Shown here: positions 7,904 to 14,586 of the stretch, piece by piece
How the letters are laid out: the number at the start of each line of letters is the position of its first letter
Numbering within the stretch: the first letter of the stretch is position 1
From: a bacterium
GTDB lineage: Bacteria; Patescibacteriota; Minisyncoccia; Phycocordibacterales; Phycocordibacteraceae
Direction: 5' to 3'
Assembly (NCBI GenBank): GCA_021778295.1
Contig: JAJYCP010000001.1
Location: 2,390 to 66,389 of the forward strand
DNA: 64,000 nucleotides
Translations under genes and position numbers: made by a program
Notes under the pieces: generated by a model
Seen by the model: only the letters and a program-made list of their open reading frames with translations
The model's database searches: none
Told to the model about the DNA's origin: nothing

Positions 7904-10900
7904 TTACAGCGGCTTTATATCATCAATCGCGATCGAAGATTCGCCGTTTCTGATAGAGACTTTTCCTTTCACCAGGAGGCACGCACCCGGCACAAGCGCG
8001 TTCGCATGCTCTTTAAAGAGCCGGGGGAAGATGACCGCCTCAATGGAACCGGTCATATCTTCCAAAGTAACAAATACCATCTTCTCGCCGCTCTTGGTGA
8101 GGATTGCGCGCACGACGAGAACGAGAACCGGAAGTATGATCAGCATCCCCGCGCGCGGTTCTTCTTTGATTTTTGAGATCGAAAGCTTTGCTTTCGTAGT
8201 CAACGCGCCATGCGCATCGAGCGGATGACCGCTTACGTAAATACCGAGCAATTCTTTCTCCCATGAAAGTTTGTCGAGGAGCGAGACCGGTTTCCCGGCG
8301 GGGATTGAAAGCGGCGGCGCATCAAGCATGCCGAAAAGAGAATCCTGCGGGGCATCAGCGGTCGTCTCCCGATGGAAGGTGAGCAACGTCTCGATACTTC
8401 CGAGCAGTGCGCCGCGGTCGCTTTCGGGAAGACTTATCGAATCAAGCGCGCCGCATTTGATGAGCGATTCAAGCGACTTCCGATTCAGGTTTTTCGAGCC
8501 GATGCGGGAAAGGAAGTCGGAGAGCGTACGGAAGAGGCCATGTGCCTCCCGCTCGGCGATAATCGTCTCCGAAATTCCGTCGCCGAAATTTTTAATCGAT
8601 GAAAGGCCGAAACGAATGGCGTTCGGGAACTCGTTCGGGAGAGCGTTTAAAGGGTACGAAGCGTGAATGGTCGTAAAATCACTGCCGCTTTCATTTATAT
8701 CCGGCGGCAAGACGGGAATATTCATGCGCTTCGCTTCCGCGACGAAGACGGCAATGGAATCAGTATCGCCCGAGTCGGCGGTGAGGAGGGCCGTCAGGTA
8801 TTCGACGGGGTAATTCGCTTTCATATAGGCGGTCTGGTATGCGACTTTGCCGTAGCTCGCCGCATGCGCCTTGTTGAAACCGTATGCGGCAAAAGGTTCG
8901 ATGAGCGACCAGAGCTTCTCCGCTTTTTCCGGCGAAAGTTTTCCATATTCTACGAATCCCTTGAGCAATTTTTCCTTCTCCGCCAACATCACTTTCGGAA
9001 TCTTCTTGCCCATCGCTTTTCGGAGCGCATCCGCTTCAAGCCAGGAATAACCGGCGAGTTTTATCGCGGTGAGAAGCACATCATCCTGATAGACCAAAAG
9101 GCCATAGGATGCTTCGAGGTACTCCTTCATGCGCGGGTCGACAAAACGAATCAATTTCGGGTTGTGCTTCCGCTCGATGTAGTTTGGAATCGTTTCCATC
9201 GGTCCGGGACGGTAGAGCGCGACCATTGCGTTAATGTCGTGAATAGTCGACGGTTTGAGCTCTTTGAGCCAACGCGTCATGCCGGAGCCGTTCAGCTGGA
9301 ACACGCCCTCTGTTTCGCCGCGCGCGAGCATCTCATACGTTTTCGCGTCATCGATCGGGATATTCTCAATATCGATTTTAATGCCGCGCGTCTTCTCCAC
9401 CTGAGCAACCGCATCGGCGAGAATGGCGAGGTTTTTGATACCGAGAAAGTCGAACTTCAGAAGTCCGACGCCGCCGTACTCGTCGGTAATGGAATACATA
9501 TCGTACTGCGTGATGAGCTTCCCCGTGCCTTTGGGGTCGGGTTGGAGAGGGGTCCACCGCACAAGCGGGGTCGGCGCAACGACCACTCCCGCCGCGTGGA
9601 CGCCGACGTGTCGCACGCACCCCTCGATGCGTTTCCCGAGATCGAGTATCTCCCGCGCGTCGTCGTCCTCATCATAGAGCGCCTTCAAATCCGGTTCGAG
9701 CTCGAGAGCGTGATCGATGGTCATCGGGAAACCCTGCGAACCCATCGGAATGAGTTTTGCGATACGGTCGCCGATGGTATAGGAGTGGCCGAGCGCACGC
9801 GCCACGTCGCGCACCGCCGCACGCGCCATCATCGTACCGAACGTGCCTATCTGCGCGACATGATCTTCACCATACTTTCTTTTCGTGTACGCGATCATCT
9901 CATCACGGCGGTTATCAGCCATGTCCATGTCGATATCCGGCGCTTTCGGACGTTCGGGATTCAAAAAGCGTTCAAACGGGAGTTTATAAAAAAGCGGATT
10001 GACATTTGTGATGCCAGTGAGGTACGCGACGAGGGATCCGGCCGCCGAGCCGCGCGTCGTGGTGAGGATGCGCTCGGTGCGCGCGAACGCGAGCAAGTCG
10101 GCGACGATGAGGTAGTACACCGCAAAACCTTTGTTGATGATGATCGCAAGTTCGTATTCGATGCGGTCCGTGACTTCTTTTGTTTTCTCCAGTGCCCGTT
10201 CCTCGATGCCTGCATACGCTTTTGCCCGCAACTCCTCATCGTGCGTTGCGAAACCGACAGAGACGGGTACGGCTGGGAAGGTCCACTTCCCGAGCTCAAA
10301 CGATACGTTACAGCGGTCGGCAATCGCGCGCGAAGCGTCGACGGCTTCCGGACTGTCCTTAAAAAGGTCGAGCGCGCGCGTTTCGCTGATGAAAGAAAAA
10401 TCCTCGTCTTCATTTCTCCCGCGCTCGCCGTGGGCGATACGACGCAGTATCTCGGTCGCTTCACGGTCGTCCGACTCAAGGTAATACACGTCATGCTGGG
10501 CGACGACCGGCGTCGCGCTCTCGCGCGCGAGCGCTCCGATTTTATGCATCAATGCTTCATGTCCCTGCACGCGCGGATGGTGTGTGATCTCAAGGAAGAC
10601 ATTTTCAGAGCCGAATATGCCCTTGAATTCGGCGAGCGCAGCCGCCGCTCCTTGCGGGTCGCCGGCGCGCAACAGTTGAGATACATCTCCCGAAAAAGAG
10701 GGAAGAAGGGCGATAACTCCGCGTGCATGCGCGCGCAGCAGCTCTTTGTCCATCCGCGGACGTTCGAGAAACCCTTCCGTCCACGAGGTAGTGACGAGAG
10801 CGAGAAGATTTTCGTACCCCTCGTTGTTTTCAGCGAGCAGTACGATACGGGAACGTTTCGTGTCGCTGCTACGATCCCGCTCAAAGAGCGAGCGCGGAGC

Positions 10901-11113
10901 TAGATACGCGTCGACGCCGAGGATCGGTTTTATGCCCGCTTTGGTCGCGGCTTTGTAGAATTCGATCGCTCCGTGCATATTGCCGGCGTCGGTAAGCGCG
11001 AGCGCGTCCATACCCTCCTTCTCCGCCTTTTCTACCAATTCCTCGATTTTCGGCAGCGCCTGAAGGAATGAATAATGGCTGTGCGTATGGAGATGGATAA
11101 AGCGCGAGGCCAT
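7904..11113 (-). CDS. dnaE: DNA polymerase III alpha subunit
   Basis: PHP domain start MASRFIHLHTHSHYSFLQA. 1069 aa, colinear with DnaE (palm/fingers region, HhH, C-terminal OB). Confidence 0.95.
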   Translation of the reverse strand: MASRFIHLHTHSHYSFLQALPKIEELVEKAEKEGMDALALTDAGNMHGAIEFYKAATKAGIKPILGVDAYLAPRSLFERDRSSDTKRSRIVLLAENNEGYENLLALVTTSWTEGFLERPRMDKELLRAHARGVIALLPSFSGDVSQLLRAGDPQGAAAALAEFKGIFGSENVFLEITHHPRVQGHEALMHKIGALARESATPVVAQHDVYYLESDDREATEILRRIAHGERGRNEDEDFSFISETRALDLFKDSPEAVDASRAIADRCNVSFELGKWTFPAVPVSVGFATHDEELRAKAYAGIEERALEKTKEVTDRIEYELAIIINKGFAVYYLIVADLLAFARTERILTTTRGSAAGSLVAYLTGITNVNPLFYKLPFERFLNPERPKAPDIDMDMADNRRDEMIAYTKRKYGEDHVAQIGTFGTMMARAAVRDVARALGHSYTIGDRIAKLIPMGSQGFPMTIDHALELEPDLKALYDEDDDAREILDLGKRIEGCVRHVGVHAAGVVVAPTPLVRWTPLQPDPKGTGKLITQYDMYSITDEYGGVGLLKFDFLGIKNLAILADAVAQVEKTRGIKIDIENIPIDDAKTYEMLARGETEGVFQLNGSGMTRWLKELKPSTIHDINAMVALYRPGPMETIPNYIERKHNPKLIRFVDPRMKEYLEASYGLLVYQDDVLLTAIKLAGYSWLEADALRKAMGKKIPKVMLAEKEKLLKGFVEYGKLSPEKAEKLWSLIEPFAAYGFNKAHAASYGKVAYQTAYMKANYPVEYLTALLTADSGDTDSIAVFVAEAKRMNIPVLPPDINESGSDFTTIHASYPLNALPNEFPNAIRFGLSSIKNFGDGISETIIAEREAHGLFRTLSDFLSRIGSKNLNRKSLESLIKCGALDSISLPESDRGALLGSIETLLTFHRETTADAPQDSLFGMLDAPPLSIPAGKPVSLLDKLSWEKELLGIYVSGHPLDAHGALTTKAKLSISKIKEEPRAGMLIILPVLVLVVRAILTKSGEKMVFVTLEDMTGSIEAVIFPRLFKEHANALVPGACLLVKGKVSIRNGESSIAIDDIKPL

Positions 11114-11120
11114 AAGCGAT

Positions 11121-11128
11121 AGTATACT
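11121..11128. promoter_or_regulatory. Palindromic AGTATACT giving a TATACT -10 hexamer on both strands for divergent dnaE and rnhB
   Basis: The whole divergent spacer is 21 bp. TATACT(+) at 11123-11128 lies 6 nt before the rnhB ATG (11135). TATACT(-) at 11126-11121 lies 7 nt before the dnaE ATG (11113). Confidence 0.5.
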
Positions 11129-11134
11129 TTCTCC

Positions 11135-11716
11135 ATGCGATTCATGCTCGGGGTAGACGAGGCGGGGCGCGGCCCGTTGGCAGGGCCGGTTGCCGTCGCC
11201 GTCGTTGCCGTGCCGGAAGGATTTGACGTAAAGAAAGAATTTCCCGGCGTCGCGGATTCAAAAAAGTTATCTGCAACGAAACGAGAAGCGCTATTTCAGA
11301 TGCTCCAAAGGCATGCTGCCGCCGGTACGGTGCATTTTTCCGTCGAGTTTGAAAGCGCCGTAACGATAGATACAGACGGTATCGCTGCTGCGGTGGAACG
11401 AGCTGTGGCGCGCGGAGTGCATGCGCTTGCACCGGACGCAACATCGGCGCGGGTACAGCTCGACGGCGCGCTTCGCGCACCGGCGAACTATGCACAAGAG
11501 ACTATCACCCACGGGGACGCGACCGTCCCGCTCATCTCGCTCGCCTCAATCGCGGCGAAAGTAACGCGCGACCGGCTCATGAATGAACTCTCGAAGACGT
11601 ACCCGCTGTATGGTTTTGAACGGCACAAGGGCTACGGCACGAAGGCGCACTATGCAGCGCTCCACAAGCACGGACTCTGCGCGCTTCATCGTCGTTCTTT
11701 CATACATCTTGATTGA
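11135..11716 (+). CDS. rnhB: Ribonuclease HII
   Basis: GVDEAGRGPLAGPVAVA catalytic motif; length 193 aa; C-terminal HRRSF. Confidence 0.9.
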   Translation: MRFMLGVDEAGRGPLAGPVAVAVVAVPEGFDVKKEFPGVADSKKLSATKREALFQMLQRHAAAGTVHFSVEFESAVTIDTDGIAAAVERAVARGVHALAPDATSARVQLDGALRAPANYAQETITHGDATVPLISLASIAAKVTRDRLMNELSKTYPLYGFERHKGYGTKAHYAALHKHGLCALHRRSFIHLD

Positions 11717-11769
11717 TTCTGCACACGAACTATTGACTCCATTGGGAAAGAATGATAGAAACAACGCTT

Positions 11770-12150
11770 GTCCAGACCGTTGGGCCTGGACAAATTAGAC
11801 CTTCAGTACACAGACAAAGAGAGGATGCCGTGAATAAAAAACAAGACAGTAGGAAACCTTCGTGGGCATGTGCAAATCATGAACGTGCCCTTGCCGGAAC
11901 CGGATTCCAGGGATGTGCCCCCTGCCCAGGATGCGGGGGAAAGCTCGTAGAGGGACTCATGCGATGCGCTCGCGTCGGAGGGAATGGCGTTCTCATCACC
12001 GAGGCGCAGGCGCGACGTTGCGATGGCACAAAACCGCCGCCCTACAATAGTAAACTCCCGAAAAAGAATACCGGGAAGGATCACCACTCTATTTCCGCTC
12101 CCGCGTTTACAGCGTAACTCTCGACATCTACCGCGCGGTCTCACGACACG
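11770..12150 (+). ncRNA. Candidate structured housekeeping RNA (weak RNase P RNA-like motifs); identity unresolved
   Basis: This is a 0.5-kb gap between rnhB and rpmF. The only ORF (11752..12117) has low third-position GC, about half overall and lower in its first half, versus clearly GC-rich third positions in neighbouring genes. Several local hairpins are present. Possible end pairing AGACCG (11774-79) / CGGUCU (12136-41). Motifs CACAAAACCGCC and GUAAACUCCCG..CCGGGAAGG recall E. coli M1 RNA GCAAACCGCC and GUAAACUCCACCCGGAGCAAGG, but with far too little spacing between them. A strong terminator follows. Confidence 0.35.
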
Positions 12151-12153
12151 CAC

Positions 12154-12185
12154 GCGCGCCTCCACAGAGGCGCGCTTTTCTTTTT
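12154..12185 (+). terminator. Rho-independent terminator
   Basis: GCGCGCCTC-caca-GAGGCGCGC followed by TTTTCTTTTT. Confidence 0.8.
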
Positions 12186-12211
12186 ATCGGCCGCGTGCTA
12201 GAGTAGCGCTC

Positions 12212-12565
12212 ATGTCAATTCGCATGCGCCACACCAGGGGCCACACCGGTAATCGCCGGTCGCATCACGCGCTTGAAGGCGTCAAAGCGGTAAAGGATGC
12301 AGAGAGCGGCAATCTCCGCCTCCCGCACCGTCTCGATGAAGCGACGGGAATGTATCGCGGAAAGCAGATTTTCTCGCCGAAGGAGAAGCGCGTGCACACG
12401 TCAAAAGCGAAAGGTCCTTCGACGGCCCCGCCGACGAAGCCTGCGCACGAACATGCGCACGAGGAACATGCCAATGCCGAAGCGAAAAGCTTGAAGGGAA
12501 TCTCCGGTAAAATCGCGACCGGCGGACGCCCGAAAGCGCGCAGCGGTTTCGGCGGCGGCGCATAA
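12212..12565 (+). CDS. rpmF: 50S ribosomal protein L32 with a long basic low-complexity C-terminal tail
   Basis: MSIRMRHTRGHTGNRRSHHAL is an L32 N-terminal signature. The in-frame ATG is at 12212 inside ORF 11984..12565. At 117 aa it is about twice the usual L32 length. Confidence 0.85.
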   Translation: MSIRMRHTRGHTGNRRSHHALEGVKAVKDAESGNLRLPHRLDEATGMYRGKQIFSPKEKRVHTSKAKGPSTAPPTKPAHEHAHEEHANAEAKSLKGISGKIATGGRPKARSGFGGGA

Positions 12566-12591
12566 CGCATAGCGCGATCGCGAACTATCCA

Positions 12592-12617
12592 CCGCAGTTG
12601 CGCTTGCGCAACTGCGG
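12592..12617 (+). terminator. Hairpin after rpmF, followed by a TGcTATACT extended -10 (12622-12630) for nusB
   Basis: CCGCAGTTGCGC-tt-GCGCAACTGCGG, then GGTTTGCTATACT. Confidence 0.5.
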
Positions 12618-12648
12618 GGTTTGCTATACTGCGCGCACAGATCTTTCC

Positions 12649-13554
12649 ATGGCGAACCGACATCTAGCGCGCTCCGTTGTCCTGCAGACACTTTTCGAAT
12701 GGGACACCACTCATGCGTCAGCTTCAGCCGTGAAAGACATTCTTGCACGCAACGTTCTTGAGTTCGGCGGCGACGATATCGATCAACCGTTCATACATCA
12801 GCTTCTTTCCGGCGTTCTCGCGAAAAAAGAGGATATCGATCTCGTCATCGAAAAAGCCGCACCCGAGTGGCCTCTTGAGCGCATCGCACCGGTCGACCGA
12901 AACATTCTGCGTCTCGGACTTTTCGAACTCCTTTTTTCCGATCGCACACACGTGCCTGCCAAAGTCGCGATTAACGAAGCCATTGAACTCGCCAAAACGT
13001 TCGGCGGCGATTCCTCCGGACGCTTCGTTAACGGAGTCCTCGGAGCGGTCTATAAAGAGCTTGGCGAACCCGGGAAGGATGAGCAAGGGGTAAAGAAAGC
13101 AAAACGCGAAGAGCTGCCGCTGGAGAAAATGGGCGGGGCAATCGTTTACGCCAAACACGACGGACAATACTATCTCGCGCTCGTGCACGATGTCTTCGGC
13201 AAATGGACGCTCTCAAAAGGCCATATTGAAAACGATACGACGCCGCAAGCGGGCGTCATGCGCATCATCAAAGAAGAGCTCGGCCTTACCGCAACCGTGG
13301 AAAACCAGGTCGGCGAGAATGAATACGTCGCCTCGCATCCGGAGAAGGGCAAGGTGCGCAAACATGTCTGGTTCTTCCTCGCTTCGAGCGACTTCGAGCC
13401 GCTCACCCTCAAGAAGAGCGGCGGTCTTGACGATGCGAAATGGTTCCGTCTCCAAGACATCATTGACCTCAATTTCTACGATGATATGCTCCCCATCGTG
13501 ACGCAGGCCGTCCAGACCCTCCTTGACCACGCGCATACACACGCACATGCCTGA
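12649..13554 (+). CDS. nusB: NusB antitermination factor fused to a C-terminal Nudix-like hydrolase domain
   Basis: The N-terminal half is NusB-like (RHLARSVVLQTLFEWD ... AINEAIELAKTFGGDSSGRFVNGVLG). The C-terminal half has a Nudix fold pattern (GGAIVYAKHDGQYYLALVHDVFGKWTLSKGHIE-x10-RIIKEELGL), a divergent Nudix box. Confidence 0.8.
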   Translation: MANRHLARSVVLQTLFEWDTTHASASAVKDILARNVLEFGGDDIDQPFIHQLLSGVLAKKEDIDLVIEKAAPEWPLERIAPVDRNILRLGLFELLFSDRTHVPAKVAINEAIELAKTFGGDSSGRFVNGVLGAVYKELGEPGKDEQGVKKAKREELPLEKMGGAIVYAKHDGQYYLALVHDVFGKWTLSKGHIENDTTPQAGVMRIIKEELGLTATVENQVGENEYVASHPEKGKVRKHVWFFLASSDFEPLTLKKSGGLDDAKWFRLQDIIDLNFYDDMLPIVTQAVQTLLDHAHTHAHA

Positions 13555-14242
13555 TTTCGATTCGCTCGCCTCCGCACTCGGCGTCACGTTCAATAATCCC
13601 GGCCTCCTTATCGAGGCCGTGACGCACCGTTCATATCTCAATGAGCATCGCGAATACACGGGCAACCACAACGAGAGGATCGAGTTTCTTGGCGACGCGG
13701 TTCTCGAACTTGCCGTGACCGATTTCCTTTTCAGGAAATTCCCGGCCAAAAGCGAGGGCGAACTCACAAGCTACCGCGCCGCACTCGTCAACACCGTTTC
13801 GCTCGCCGAAAGCGCGCAAACGCTCAGTCTGAGCGGTTTCTTGCTGCTCTCAAAAGGCGAAGCGAAAGACACCGGACGCGCCCGCGACGTCATCCTGGCG
13901 GACGCTTTTGAGGCAATTATCGGAGCGCTGTATCTGGATCAGGGCTATGCCGCTGCCGAATCGTTCATCGCAAAACAGCTTTACGGAAAAATCGACGATG
14001 TCATCGCGAAACGTTCTTACCAGGACGCGAAAAGCCGTTTCCAGGAGGCTGCACAAGAGAAGCAGAACGAGACGCCGTGGTACCGAACGCTCTCTGAAAC
14101 CGGCCCTGATCACGCGAAGCTCTTCACCATCGGCGTCTTTATCGGCGAAAAGGAAATAGCCCGCGGGGAAGGGCAGAGTAAACAGGAAGCGGAGCAGAAA
14201 GCCGCAGAGGCCGGGCTTGACAAGATGGGCTGGCAGGCGTAG
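13547..14242 (+). CDS. rnc: Ribonuclease III
   Basis: NERIEFLGDAVLELAVTDFLF signature and a C-terminal dsRBD (GPDHAKLFTIGVFIG...GEGQSKQEAEQKAA). It overlaps the nusB stop by 8 nt. Confidence 0.92.
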   Translation: MPDFDSLASALGVTFNNPGLLIEAVTHRSYLNEHREYTGNHNERIEFLGDAVLELAVTDFLFRKFPAKSEGELTSYRAALVNTVSLAESAQTLSLSGFLLLSKGEAKDTGRARDVILADAFEAIIGALYLDQGYAAAESFIAKQLYGKIDDVIAKRSYQDAKSRFQEAAQEKQNETPWYRTLSETGPDHAKLFTIGVFIGEKEIARGEGQSKQEAEQKAAEAGLDKMGWQA

Positions 14243-14303
14243 TACTTCGCGCAGAAGTCCTGACGGTTCATACTACTTGCGATTTTACAGGAGGAGGGTA
14301 GTC

Positions 14304-14519
14304 ATGAGTGTGAAGAAGATCGTTCGTCGTATACGGAAGATTTTGCCTTCCGCGGTTGTCCGTGTATTGGACGCGATCGCATTTGCTACGGCGTTTGCTT
14401 GCCTGGTTATCGTGATAACAATGCCCGTTTCATTCTCGTTCGCCGTCGCGACGGTCGTCGTCGGTTTCTTGGCCCTCACCTGGCGAATCTTTTCCGATTC
14501 GCTGCCGCCGCTCTGGTGA
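14304..14519 (+). CDS. Small membrane protein (71 aa), hypothetical
   Basis: GGAGGAGGG lies upstream of the ATG at 14304. Two hydrophobic helices. Confidence 0.5.
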   Translation: MSVKKIVRRIRKILPSAVVRVLDAIAFATAFACLVIVITMPVSFSFAVATVVVGFLALTWRIFSDSLPPLW

Positions 14520-14534
14520 GAGCGGATCGGAAAT

Positions 14535-14566
14535 CAGCCCTCACATCGTGAGGGCTGTCTCTTTTT
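14535..14566 (+). terminator. Rho-independent terminator
   Basis: CAGCCCTCAC-atc-GTGAGGGCTG followed by TCTCTTTTT. Confidence 0.8.
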
Positions 14567-14586
14567 ATGCGTTATACTTTTGAGCG

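Noticed and set aside
8663-10903. 746-aa ORF on the plus strand opposite dnaE. Similar long antisense ORFs: 41778..43058 (+) opposite the MacB permease, 38314..39450 (+) opposite the curlin-like and CsgG-like genes, 21521..22498 (-) and 20609..21328 (-) opposite rpoB, 29422..30498 (-) opposite rpoD, 50490..51383 (-) opposite the helicase, and 55892..56734 (+) opposite GH130.
   Set aside because: These are shadow ORFs, expected in GC-rich DNA. Their translations are Arg/His/Asp-rich low-complexity sequences with no motifs. The opposite strand encodes proteins with unambiguous family signatures over the full length.
11752-12117. 121-aa ORF as a real DUF177/YceD-like protein upstream of rpmF.
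   Set aside because: Not fully rejected but downgraded. Third-position GC is well below that of neighbouring genes, especially in the first half. The RBS is weak, the sequence is low-complexity, and a strong terminator separates it from rpmF. The CPxCGxxLxEG resemblance is kept as an alternative in the corresponding finding.
11717-12211. tmRNA or SRP RNA identity for the rnhB-rpmF spacer.
   Set aside because: No T-arm (GGUUCRAnUCC) and no 3' CCA-proximal acceptor pairing is present. Too little sequence follows the putative tag stop for the pseudoknots. The SRP domain IV motif (GGAA tetraloop with the AGCA symmetric loop) is not present; CCGGGAAGGAUCACC only resembles it superficially.
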